64,000 nucleotides of DNA from Klebsormidium nitens (Eukaryota > Plantae > Klebsormidiophyceae): contig DF237122.1 of the NCBI GenBank assembly GCA_000708835.1, forward strand, positions 96,850 to 160,849, given 5' to 3'. Positions 1 to 12,460 of the stretch are shown one piece after another. Position 1 is the stretch's first letter, and every line of letters starts with the position of its first letter. The notes under the pieces are model-generated. The model had not been told where the DNA came from, did not search any database, and saw only the letters and a list, made by a program, of their open reading frames with translations. The position numbers and the translations under genes were made by a program.

Positions 1-282
1 TCCATGCACGACCTCATGATTTCAACGAGGCTTGTGAGCGTTTCTATCATTGGTCATTGTCCCTTCACCAGAAATCCCGCAGAAAAACCCATCACAATCC
101 GTTGCACAATCAAGGACAACCACCACTGGCACGTATTTAGTAGTCCCGAGTATCCACGTCCGAGCTTACCCGAAGATTCATTTGTTAAAAGCCTTTTACC
201 CAGCACCCGCAGAATCATAGCGGACTGACTACATGCACACTTGAGCCATACCTCGGAATCGTGTTCCTTCACCGGCCCCGCC

Positions 283-325
283 TCATATTCCTTTTAAGGA
301 AGCTTCATATTCCTTTTAAGGAAGC
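283..325. repeat. 21-bp direct repeat, 2 copies, period 22
   Basis: tcatattccttttaaggaagc occurs at 283-303 and 305-325. Each copy contains a ttcctt-tt-aaggaa inverted repeat. Confidence 0.85.
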
Positions 326-735
326 GAAGGTTTTTTGAATCGAATATTTCGCTTCGTGTCTGTTAAAGAAGCACTCTTACATTGAAGAATATTTCACTTC
401 GCGGCTCGTCAGTATTGCGTCATCTATTCGGCCGTCTTTGTACAACCTCTTTCGGCCCTGGTCCACCATTCCGTGAGCCAAAGTCTTTGATCAAGCTTTC
501 CTGAACTTTTTGCGCCCCTTTTGACAGAGCTTAGAAATGGCAAAGCAAATCCTGCACCGCCCACTGCTTCCTATCCATTCCTACCCTCGGTCTCCCGACT
601 CTTCCCGACCAGATACTCTTTTCTATCCTGACTTCCTCTTACATTCATTTTATGACCCCCGCCCACCTACAACGGCGCATTCTGCGTTCTCCGTCTCCCC
701 CCCCCTGCTCCGCTCGCCATTTCCCCGCCCCCCCT

Positions 736-2753
736 TCACGAGCTGGTGTACTTGGTGACCGCTTTCGTCCCCTCGGAGACGGCGTGCTTGGCCAGCTCCC
801 CCGGCAGCAGCAGCCGCACCGCCGTCTGGATCTCGCGTGACGTCAGCGTGGTCTTGCCGCTGATGCGCGCGAGCCGCGACGCCTCGCTCGCGATCTTCTC
901 GAACATGTCGTTGATGAACGCGTCCAGGATCGCCATCGCCTTGCTGCTGATGCCCAGCTCCGGGTGCACCTGCTTCAGCACCTGCGCCGGGGGGGAGATT
1001 GTTGCTGTTATTTCACGGAGGGGGGACAGAGACTGCTGTCGAGTGCGGGGCACAGGAAGGTCAGGTCGTCTTTTCTGCCCCCCGTAATGATCAGCACCTG
1101 CGCCGGGGGGATGATTGCCGCGGTGATTTCACGAGGGAGGAGACTGTTGTGATTATCGGGGATATGAAACCCAGTCTGTCTTCTCTGCCCCCCACAATTG
1201 ATTTGAGAGCCACAGAAGACGGGCTGACATTGGGCGCGGACAGGATCACGAGGCGATCGATTGGGTGACGTGAGGTAAGACGAATTGGAGTCGAAGTTGG
1301 AGCAACATAGACACGGATGCGAACGGTTATCTAAGGAGAAAACTTGTGCACTGAGGTGGTTGAGCACGGCAAATCATAAAGGGGTGACGCAGAGCATCAT
1401 TCCTCAAAATTGTAGAGGTCGGCAACGGCAGATGACTTACAAACGATTACGGCTTTATTCGGCAGGGACCATCTACCGGCCGGTTAAGGAGAGCCAATAA
1501 TCGTGAGCACTTCTGCAAGCCGCGAACGGACAGATCACAGAAACACCTGCCGTTGCAAGACTTTTTTAGCGCAGCGCCTTCTTCAAACCCTGGTATTGCC
1601 TTGAGCAAGTCGGCAGAACCATCGCGATGCATTCCGAACCCTTCTTGAATGTTCAGCTCTGCAAACGAAGCAGGAGAACGAAAGAAAACGAAAAATCAAA
1701 ATCAGCTGCCAATACCGTCCCTGACGCCACCCCGCTGTTTAGACGAGCATACTTGACGCTGAGATTTTCCAAAACGAGCCCTTTGACTTCGAGGCAACGA
1801 GTAAGGCGAGGATTAGAGAACCGGTCTCCGCTGATCTGGCGCATGAACCGGTCACGATGAAAAGCAAATGCGTGAAAGAGTCGGCTTGCGTATCAAACAT
1901 TCGACAAGTAGTCGTCGTATCTTCGAGACATCCGGGTAAAGAACAAACTTGTCTACGGGTCGGGATTCTAGCTTGAGCTTAAAGTTGTCGATGCCTTTGA
2001 AAGACGCGGTTGGAATAATCACCAGCCTCTCCCTGCTTCCGAAGCCGCGCGAATCGATCTGATCACATACTGTCGTCGAAACAATTCCAATTCACATCGG
2101 AAAATTTCCTCGGAGTCCTTCCTTCAAGACGCTTCTAAACATGTAAAAACCGCATATTGGGTTGAAACATAGGATTTTGAGGTTAAGAGACCGCCACCAA
2201 GGTCAAAAGAAGCACGCATCACTCGGCAGCCCAGCTTGCGGGACGGCCCTACATGGCCCCATATTTTCCACAGCCAGAAAACAATACCGGCTGAAACATC
2301 TGCTCGACATTGCTCGCGCAAACTCTGCCACGTGCAGATTCGACAAAACATGCTTCAAAACCAAATATCAAAATCAAACCCACGTGCATGCGAACCCGGA
2401 CAACCCAGCAAGCAGAAACCAGCACCCGGCATGATTCGTTTCGAACCCAATCCTGCATTTCCCAGGCAGAGTGACAGATTCTATCGAAGAAAACCCCGCG
2501 CTGCCCCACCCACCCTGTGAATGTAGATCTTCCACGTGAACTGCCTCCGCCTGTTGCGCTGCCCGCGGCCTCGGCCGCGCGGCGCCTTGCTTGCGGCGCC
2601 TTCCTTGGGCGTCTTCTCGCCCTTCCCCGCGCGGCCGCGCGGTCGCTTCTCCGCAGGGCGCTTCTCTGCAGGGCGCTTCTCGGCTTCGCCCCTCGGCGCC
2701 TTCTCGGCAGTCTGCCCTTCGCCCTCCGCAGTGTCGCCCGGTTTTGGCGCCAT
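736..2753 (-). CDS. H2B: Histone H2B, divergent variant (2 exons: 2753-2514, 981-736; about 161 aa)
   Basis: Exon 1 reads MAPKPG...[15 protein letters not shown]...FTWKIYIHR, followed by a GT donor at 2513. After the CAG acceptor (983-982), exon 2 reads [19 protein letters not shown]...[35 protein letters not shown], the H2B histone fold and C-terminus. Both junctions are phase 0. Confidence 0.95.
975..1202 (-). repeat. Two-copy 116-bp tandem duplication spanning the H2B intron 3' splice site
   Basis: tcagcacctgcgccgggggg is identical at 975-994 and 1091-1110. Both units continue similarly (gatttcacg/tatttcacg, gagactg) and end in tctgcccccc-x-aat(t)ga. Confidence 0.9.
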
Positions 2754-3569
2754 GCCTAGTTGCGGCAACGTCTCAGAACCTCGCAGCTTGCACCGCAGCT
2801 CGAAGAGTCGTTCCGGTGAGGCGGACGAAAGTCAACGGAGCGCCGTTTCTGTGCGTTCGGGTGCGCTTTCGATCAGGGAGACGCCCTGCAGGACCACGAT
2901 ATTCCTTTGCCAGATGTGCGACTCATGCATGAGCTATCCTCGGCTGAGCTTCCGCTTGCAGGGAGAGGAGGATTGAAGGTTTCGGCTGCTGATGTACAAG
3001 CTCGAAGCGGAAGGGTAGGAAACCTGGTACATCTTTTTCGGCTAAAAACTGAGCCTCAGAGGGCAGGCTTATGAATTGTAAGTACGCTCGTCTGACTGGA
3101 TCATTCGTGCATGTGCTTTCGACGCCGTACGGACATCGTGCGAAACTTGCAAAGTGAAGTTTCGACTTTGCCAGATGCGTCGTCTCTGGTTTCCGCGCAT
3201 ATAAACCAACGTGCTCGTCCAGCAAGCTTGCAGACGAATCCAACTTTGCCACTCAAAAAGTGCTTTTACGTCACAAAAGTAATCGGAACGGCCTGCAGGA
3301 GTTCTAGGTCGGCAGGCTGCAAATCGAAACTTGACAAGATGTTCTGTCAAGCTACTTATAACAACACCATGTTTTGGTACGGAACAGGTTTCAACGTTCG
3401 GCACTGCAAGGTGTCCCCCATTGGTCGTGGCCTGAAGCGCCAATTGAGCAGGCGGGGCTTTAATCTGCAATCAAGCTTTCAGGTTGCCAAGAGGCCGGCA
3501 GGCCGAGAGCTAGACGCCCTTCCGTTATTCCATCGTGACAGCGCTTGAATTCGGATCCAATCTCGTAAT

Positions 3570-3593
3570 AGCGGGACCGTGCACGGTCCCGCT
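3570..3593. repeat. Perfect 24-bp palindrome
   Basis: agcgggaccgtgcacggtcccgct is its own reverse complement. Confidence 0.9.
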
Positions 3594-4485
3594 GGACACA
3601 AGTCATATCCCGTCATCTCTTTGAGTCGGTCCATGAGCAAGTTCTCTGTATCATTTCACAAAGCTTCCGACCTGCATCAAGCCCCGGGCCCGCGGGCCGG
3701 TGGATGGGAACTCTGGCAAACATGTAATGTTAAGATTGCCGTCCTAACTTAGTAATGACCCTTCCAAGCACTCGGCAGAATTCTTCGTCTGCAATAGACG
3801 AGGCACGATATTCTTGCAAACTCAGTACCATCTAATCATAGATGTCATGGCCGATCAATATTCCAATCAGGTTTGCGTTCAATTGGCTGCCCGTACGCGC
3901 CCACGCCATGGAAGTGAAGATCGAATATGTGGTGAAGTATATAATATTTTCATGTCGAAGCCGCCACATGCATGCATACAAAGTACGTACCCGCAAGCTA
4001 GGTCGGAGGACCGATTCAGCATGTAATAAAACTGCAAACAGCAACGTCCCTATGCGCAGCGATCGGCCGAGTCTGAATCATGATCAACCTATTATTTAGC
4101 ATGCGTCAATCAAAGAGGAGATCTGACCGACTCGAGATTCCTTCGTTCTTGGGCGTCACGGCGAAGCCAGGTCAATGCATGCCCCGGCACACGGGCCTTA
4201 CTCTGGATGCGAGCAAGTCGACGAATCGACAAAATTGCAGATCAAGTTCCCTCTTCAACCTAGTTGATCGTCACTATGTTTGTACATTCATCTGGCTCTC
4301 CTACCCAAGCGGTGCCAGCAATGGTGGGACCTCTAGGAAATTTCTCCTGGACTGATCGATCTCTAGCTCTTGGTCTTCCTACGTCTCTGCCTAAACAACC
4401 TACATGCTTCTGCTTTATTCAACTCGACTATCAGACAATTGCTTACGTCAACACCGCAGCTTACAGGAGCACGTAATGTGACATG

Positions 4486-6400
4486 CTAGTAAGCCATAAT
4501 GACCCTCGGGTCTTTCAGCAACTCGTCGTAGGTAGCTTTCACGAGGTCTGCGGATTGTACTAGAGTCGTAATCCGCATCGAGATATACTTGCCCCCAGCC
4601 TTTTCCTGTACGAGGAAGGGGTACCACAGGAATTAATTAGGGGCTGTAAAGCTTGTCCATTTGGATCCGACCTATGTTTGGCATGGAGCTCTGCATCCGA
4701 TGTTGAATTGAAAACTGAATCAACCTGGCAGGCTGTCAAACAAGGGTCTCCACGAAATCCAGTTTCCAACAAAGTCGTTCGACGGCAACGAGAGTATCTA
4801 AGAGATGCTGCGAATGATCACGCAACCGGTCTTTGAAGTGACAGACCGTCAACGCGTCTGGAAGAATTTTGAGGTCCGCTGGTCGAGTACCGCGCCGCTC
4901 CTTTGCAGCGAAACTACCAATGCGAATGTCAACCATACATTGAGAGAGAAGAACCAGGAGTCGACACCGGCCAATCAAAGAGTCGGTCAACTTAAGGACA
5001 AAGGATCACTTGAGATCAAAGGCGACTCATCATTGCCAAGATCAGAAGGAGAGCCTTCGAATGGTAGCCTTTTACTGCCTTAATTCAGGCTCTATAAAGG
5101 TTCACAGACTGTTACACCCGAAGGAAGCGACTGCTCACCCTGACGGAGTAATGACCGGTGGCCAGCTTCGTCCCGCAAATTCGCTCGACTGTCTCTAGCG
5201 TGTCCTTTGTAAAAACTTTCCCGGGAGCTTTCGATGTCGTCTCTACCTTTCCAACTATTGAAAAGGTGTAAAACGAAGGGAACTGGACGAGCGCCTCGAG
5301 AAGCGATCGCTTCTCTGTGTCCTGCATGAAAGAAGCTCCGACTCGTTTGCCAATCTTCCAAGATGGACATGAAGGCCAGTCCACATTTGTGTTGTTAACT
5401 TCTGGACCCCTTAGGTTGTCCACTGTCCTACGTTGGTCTACTGTATCCCCTCTTCTCAGAAGCTCATACACTTTCCTCGATTCTTGACAGCATGCTCGCA
5501 AGGTCCATCTCACACCCGCCTTGTTTCTCGCATGCCGCTGATCCAGTTCGAAGTCAATAACTGCCAAAATCAGAGCACATACAACCGGTCACTGTGCCTA
5601 AACCTGCCCAGGCGCTAGAACGCCTGTGTCTCCAATCTTGTAATATGGAAAGGAGAAGAATTCACCATCTTCAAGAAAACTCCCTAACAGTGCCACTGTA
5701 GCGTTCATTTGATTGAATGACCATTGGACTCTAAGCCAGCTAGGAGACAGCAGGCTGCAAAATCAAGTCCTTCGGATTGCCGCTACAACCTTATAAAGCA
5801 TCTCTGCCACACCCCCGACTGAATTGCAGCGGCTGCGCAAACGAAGGCTATCCTTCCACCAAGAAGGCGCAAGCTCCTGAAGAGCCAAATGAATCAGGGT
5901 CTATAATGGCAACAAGCCGTGCCGCAACAATCCCAGGAGCCTGAGAGATGGGAGTCAAGACCTACCTCAGAAGCTTTGGGTGGATCAAAATCCCCCTTCA
6001 TTGCTCGGACTGCCACATCAAATCGGGACCCCCCAATGCTCTCCTCGTCCACCATCGCTATCTTTGGGGGCCGAAGATTGGACACTCCAGCACTGTCTGA
6101 AGCAAAATTGGACGGCTTGCTGCTGTCCGAAGCTGCTTCGAAACCTCCCCTTTCGAATGCACCACCCGCGCTTGGATTCTTAGACTCAGAGTCTGCGCTC
6201 CTATCATTCTCTTGTTCTCCAGGACCTTCTGACGAGGTGCTAGCTCTTAAAGTCTGTCTCTCATGTGCAGTTCTTCGCATGTACTGTCCTCTATGTGGTG
6301 TGTGTCTCAGGTGGCTTGGCCTTTTACTTGGATGCACAAACAGGGGACAACGCGAAGGAAGCGCCGGCTGGCCTTTTGACCAAATGCTGTGAAAAGACAT
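4486..6400 (-). CDS. DUF493 (YbeD-like) family protein, probably plastid-targeted (exons 6400-5966, 5321-5139, 4605-4486; about 245 aa)
   Basis: The spliced product reads ...FDVAVRAMKGDFDPPKASE|DTEKRSLLEALVQFPSFYTFSIVGK...HYSVR|EKAGGKYISMRITTLVQSADLVKATYDELLKDPRVIMAY*. The FP-x-Y-x-F-x-IVG and GKYIS-x-x-I motifs are typical of DUF493. All junctions are GT-AG, phase 0. The N-terminus is S/R-rich like a transit peptide. Confidence 0.8.
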
Positions 6401-7543
6401 GCAAAAGCGCCCGCTCCTGCAGTTCTGCACAACGCCATCTCTGCCAATCTTGCATATGGATCCATCAAGAGGAAGCTTCGAGGGGCACAGCCTAGCGCCC
6501 TGCTGACAGACTTCCATAAGAGAAGCTGTTGCGTCACTCACTCCCAGAATAATATGATTGTATGAGGTCCTGAATTCCGCAAACTGAGAGATGTTACTAA
6601 GAGTGCCAGCCACAGATGGAAGAGCAAGACGCAAAGATCAGCAAGCACTGTATGCAGCACTAGCTAAGATTTGATCCTTTGCTCCCATGTACTAACTCGG
6701 AACTACCGTATTTTCGGAAGGCAGCTCAGGTCCCTGCATGCAGCTTTTCCACAGCTGAGAATCATGGGACTCGGAGCAGGCGACGAAGCTGCAGTGAAAC
6801 TTTTTCCTGCGGAATCGGAGGCCCGGGTGCGAGACGGCCTTCAGAACCGGTAGAGCCACGGCATCCTCGTTTTAGATTGGGACAGGCCAAAACGCAAGCG
6901 CGATCTAACAACCGTCACAAGACGCGTCAGCCAGCAAGCTCTCACCCGGTCTTCATGACCGTCTTGAGCCGAGCAACTAAAGAAAGCTATTCTTTTTGCT
7001 ACAAGAGTCATGCTCAAAATGCATCATATCAAGGGCTAGGTAACTCGAACTACTGACGCCGGATTAGTATGCAGAAGGGACCACTGAGACCACCAGAAGG
7101 CTCGATCATGCAAGTTAAAAGTTCGCAGCTGCACAGCTGTAGGTGCACGACCACTTGAAGGAAGATCGACTTTTGTAGCGAGATCAAACTTGAAACTTTT
7201 GTGCTCTGGTTGTTAGATTGTACGCGGGTCACTGGCTGTGAAAGCCAATCTTTTCGAGGTACACGTTTAGATCAATTGCCTATATGCGACGATTGCAAAC
7301 ATGGCAGTCCTTAAGTTTGAAAGTATGCACAGATAACCATTGTCGACTTTAATAACCATCGGGGGCATTGATGAGCCTGCAGGTTTCATTGTAGCTGAAT
7401 AACTTTAAAAACGTTTACAATGGCCAGCCGTCGCATCTCATGCACTCGAGTATACGACTCTGCCAGTTGAAGCAAAGACAACTGGTGGGCTGGAGCATCG
7501 GGGCAGATATAGAGCTCCATTTCTCGCTCCGCACCAAGCTTTA

Positions 7544-10500
7544 TCAAAGCTTGATAGATGTCCTCGGCAAGATGCGTCTGATGAAAGCCTCGCACCCCTC
7601 CACTTGCGTGATCTCGTTCCCTCCAAGCTCTAAGAGGTCCAGACTCAAGCCCATTAGCCCACCAAAAACACGTTGTAGTTCTCTAGGACCCGTATCCAAT
7701 CCGGAATCGACAACTTCACGTCGGATCCCAGATGAGTAAAACTGCGTATCTACGGGGCTCGCCCCGAGCTGGTTGCTTGCGAGGCTCAACCATCGGAGGT
7801 GCGGCAGGAGGTGGAGGGCAGCCAAGCCAGAAGCATGCGAGATTCTGTTGTGGCTCAGGTCCAAACTTCGAAGCAACTGCAGCGCTTCGAGACCTGCAGG
7901 AATGTCAACAAGACGGCCGTTAGCATTCGCATCATCAGCAAGTTGTCTACAATGGGCTTTCGAGCTTTTACCGGTCTTGCAGCGAGTGGTTGCTAGGCTC
8001 CCAAATCGTGGGCTCAATCAACCCATGTTTCCTTGCCAAAGATCCGGATCGTCGGGAACATTTCGGCGTTCAAAGGGTCAGCGCATAATGAGCCGCACAA
8101 CGAGATCACACGGCTGACACGACAGATCACAGCGAAAATGGAACAAAGCGGGGGAAGAGAAACGACAACGCAGGGACGATGGAAATCCGCAGAAGACACC
8201 GGAAAAAGCATCGGCGCGGAAGAGTAAAAGCACGAGAACGGGCGGACCTTCGACGGAGCGCAGCGCATTGCGGCTGAGGTCGAGGTGCTGCACCCAGAGC
8301 AGCGCATCTAGGGCGCCCAGCCGTCGCAGGCCCAGGTCGCGCAGCCGAAGCTGGAGGCACGGCAGGCCACCACGGGAGGTGCGCACCATGTGCGACTCGA
8401 GCTGGCGCCTGTCCGCTGTTATCTGCGGAGTGAAACGCGCGGAGCGGACAGTGAGTACGAGTTCTGCTCGTCAGCCGGACGTCGAACAATTTCGGGGATG
8501 CCTTTCGATTCGGAGGGGTTGAGAACGGGACGGATAGTGCGGGCCCATCAACTAGTTCTAGACGCGTTCATATCAAACCAAACTTAAAAACGTCGGGGAT
8601 GTTCTTCTACTCTGTTGGAAGGCCTTGATGACCTAAACGTATGCTGAGCCTTGGGCAACCATTGTGAACGGGCGTACAATAGAGCTGTGTCGATTCGCCG
8701 GGACAGCGAATTGTTCGAGAAACAAAAGCAGCAGCTTCGTCTGCTCTCCCAAAACTGAGCACAACGCGACTGCTTTTTGTTAGCCAATCGGCGGGTTTCC
8801 GACCTCGTCAAATCATTTTGGGGAGACAGGCCTTGTCTTCTCGGAAGCAAAAATCACAAGGATAGGAGAGTTCCTTTTCTGCACTCAAGCTCCTGATTAC
8901 AATCGTCAAGCAGCCTGTTCTGAAAGCACCGGACTATCATGCCTTGAGGAGAAGCAGGATCCGTCCTCGGGCAAACCGGCAGAAACAAACATGCTCTTTG
9001 CGAACAGACTCCAAGCCCGAAACACCGATGAAACAGATTCGGCCTCCCCAAAGTAGCTTTCTGAGGTAGCGTCTGCGAATCGAACCAAGTAGGTAGCCAA
9101 CTGCCGCTTGCTAAAAACTACTCAGCTCTGGAGTCTGATACGAAGCAGGTTCCGTCAGTGCTCGGAAGCTCACCTCTTCCAGCCGCAGTTGCCCGAGCAT
9201 CTCCCCGTAGTACTCGGCGTGTGCGGGGTCCAAAGCGAACAGGTCCCGGTAGATCTGCTGTTCTTCGTGTAGCCTACTGCTTACTGCGGCGTCGGTCGGG
9301 AGGAGCCGCATGGCTGCCAGGAGCCGCGCCTTGCCGAGGAGGATCCACTTGCTACAGAGAAGGAGACGCAGATTCTGGGCGCACTAGATCTAGGATATCG
9401 ACGGTTGACGACAATGTGCCTCGTAGAAGTTTGGGAATGCGGTGGAAAATCTGAGACCGACTTCCTCGGGCCCGATCAGGGGGTAGGGAGGGACAGAATA
9501 GTAAGTCGCTTTCAGCACCCGCGCATATCAATGTGTACTTTCGACGAGACGAAAAAGAACGTCTACGCCCGCTGGTGGTCAGACGTTGCCCAAAGCTTCA
9601 AGAAACATTAGCTTTGGAAGTGCTGTAGGGCCGTTGGTTGCCTAAGGACAAACTTTCGAGCATGTGGAGAACGCCTTCACTTTCGGACAAGCTGGAGACA
9701 TCTGTAGCCTCTTCAGCCAAAGAGGATATAACAATGACAAGCAACGCGTAACCTATAACGCACTGCTAGACCATAAAAGTGCATGTCCTTCTGAAACGCA
9801 GCCCAGACAGGATGAAATCCCCGGCCCACCAGGATAGTCGACTCGTTCACAACTTCCAGACTCGGTTGCGGGCGAAATAATCGTTCTTTTCAGGTGGACT
9901 TTCCGATATCTACACCGGATAATTTGGCCCTGATTGAAAGCACGAAAACGTAATGACACCGCTTCGCTGCTCACCTCTTGCCCTGCTCTAGTTCCTCTTG
10001 CTGCTCCCTCAGGTCCAGCTGCCTGGCAAACAGCTCCTCTCTCCAACCCTTCCAATCCCCATTTTCCGGACCTTTTGGCACCGACGAAGCTGCATACCCC
10101 GGCAGCGCCAGCTGGCTGACGTCACTCGCCGGCTCCCCTGCATCACTCTCCCCTGCTCCCCTGCTGACGTCACCATCTTGCAGACGAACTGCGTCCGCAT
10201 CCGACTCGTCAACCATACGAACACTGAAACCACTTGATGCGCTTCGGACGACTTGGACCCCCTCTGCCGTCCGAATTCCCGGACCCGCCCCCACATGGAC
10301 GTGAAGTTCCGCGCTTTCAATTCTTCCCGCCGGTAGCTCCTGCACCCAAACTTTGGACGCTTCTCCTTGGCTCCCCACTGGCGTCCAGTCCTTCCCGGTC
10401 TTTTTGGACGCTTCGGGTGTCCGGATCGTCGCTGGGACTGTATGTCTGTTGACGCCGGATACGGGCTTTGAGAAGGAGAGGATTGCTGGCAGAGTTGGAG

Positions 10501-12460
10501 AACTAGAGGAGGGGGTCGGGGGTTTGGCAAGCGGGACCGTGACACCGGAGGGTGGCCACATTCCCGTCAGGACAGAACCTGGGTTGGGTACCTAGACAAG
10601 GAGGTACAGAAGCCTTGATGTTGCAGCTCTGGAAGTCGAGGTAGTCCTCGCTTGCACGTCCCTCCAGAGGATTCACTCGGTGATGCAGGTCGCTATTTGT
10701 CGATTTTAAGGGCAACCTCGACAAAGCCCAAAAGTTTCTCGAGTATGCAACATCACGAGTTCGACCAGCTTGAGCAACATTGGGTACAGATCGATTTTCG
10801 GCCCCTTGCGCCCCTTTGCTTTCCTTCCATCTTTGGAACTGCCACTTCGAAAAGAAGCCTCAAACTATGAGCATGTCAAGATGCATCCATAATTCAAACC
10901 ACCTTTGAACGCTCCCTCCGCAACCTTCTCAAACACCAGTCCTTCACATCGTCTATCTTGGACCTGCGAGTCAAACCTGAGACGAACTTCCTAAACTCTG
11001 GCAGCAGTCCCTTGCTCACCGTGTTCTGCAACAGCCACGCCTGGTAGATCCACGCGCTGGTGTCATTTGGATCAGTGAAGAGCGCATTGTCCACAAGCTC
11101 AAACTCCGGCTCCAGCCATGCCGATGCTTGCTCCGGTCCAACAGCGATGGCCTCCTTCGACAGGTGCATCTTTGTGAGGAGTTTACTGCAAAGATTAGGT
11201 CCAATCACTCAGTCTGTTGCAAAAGGAATATTAAAACGTGTTTTTGACAAAAAAGCTTACAGCTTGTATGTCAGTGAGGCCTACTCTTGAACCCAAAGCT
11301 TGACATCATACACAGAGTAACGATTCCTCTGCTTCAAATTTCCTCGTTAGAACGATGGGGGCTTGACATGATGAGGATTACACTATCAGTTGAAAAATCA
11401 ACATTCAAACAGATGTAAAAATAGCCAGTTGACATCAGAAACAAAGTCTGTGTTTCTGCTCATCTGACACTTGACCTTCTGCTGAGAAGAAACTCTATCA
11501 TGCCCTTCGACTGTGAGCACCCTACACAACATAAGACCAACTCCTTCAAGATAAGATAGAGGGCAGAAGGACTTGACTCAAAGTCACTCAGACCGCGTGC
11601 TGCCACGCACCTCCGGTAGTGCCACGCCGAAAAGTTGCTGAATGTCTCATCAATCTTCTGCTGCACAAAGGCCATCTCCTGAGTGTCCGGTGCATCGGCC
11701 TGCCGCACAAGGAAGCGTCGGTAGGCCCAGCCATGAAAGTTGCGCTCGTCCTGCTTCAGGAGCTTATCCAGTAGCTTGAATTCTCTCTGGAGTGGAGCGT
11801 GCACTCCCATCAGCTGGAGAATCCACTTGCGGTGGTACCAGGCACCGTATGCCTTGGGGTTCACTTGAAGGGCTTCAAAGATGAGAACCAGCTCTTGCTC
11901 AAAGATGCGCGCTTTTGCTGCATCATCCGCCTCTGCCAGGAGCATCTTTATGGCCAATTTCCTGCAGCGATCAGGAGCGATGCGGGTCAACCAATAAGAT
12001 GTTAACCTTCATAAGATATGTATCAATCCACCAATGCTTAGAGGTGATGCTTGCTGGATGCAGAACAGGCCAATAGCTGCTGATTGACAGTATTGTCACG
12101 ATGTACACTGTGAATATTGTTATGTACATACCAAAGCGACACCTCTCGTTCACTCGCATCTGTTCATTGTGAAGCACTGCCCTCAAATTAGGGTTTCAAA
12201 TACTGTGCCATGTACAGCCTGCACCACGCAGCCGTCAAATCGCACCTGTAATTCCAGGCAGTGTACATGTCAGGATTCGTCTTGAGCAGCGCAGCACTCT
12301 TCTCCACCGCCTCCTTTCCATAATCCTTCTCTTGGTTGCTCCTCAGAACCTCGGCCAGCTGCTCGGCATACTGCGCTGCTCTCCTCTTGTCCTTTGCAGC
12401 TTCCTTGGCACCAGCATCGCTATGCTGGTGCTGCACAGAAACCCTCGCACGCCCGTGCAT
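7544..12460 (-). CDS. RGTA1: Rab geranylgeranyltransferase (GGTase II) alpha subunit (exons 12460-12246, 11961-11611, 11185-11020, 10591-9975, 9351-9174, 8422-8248, 7893-7544; about 683 aa)
   Basis: It begins MHGRAR and carries prenyltransferase-alpha repeats (NPDMYTAWNYR, NPKAYGAWYHRKW, DERNFHGWAYRR, FSNFSAWHYRS, TDPNDTSAWIY). The C-terminus has LRRs (VQHLDLSRNAL, LRSLDLSHNRI, LRWLSLASNQL). Seven GT-AG exons join in frame. Confidence 0.93.

Noticed and set aside
3547-3558. Adjacent EcoRI-BamHI sites (GAATTCGGATCC) suggesting vector polylinker
   Set aside because: There is no other vector-like sequence around it, and 12 nt is compatible with chance.
8906-9100. Minus-strand ORF inside RGTA intron 5 as an extra exon
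   Set aside because: The flanking exons join directly (LEE|ITAD) and give the expected protein length without it.
11299-11440. Three TTGACAT words about 64 bp apart in an RGTA intron, a possible echo array
   Set aside because: Similarity does not extend beyond about 9 nt and does not include the junction.
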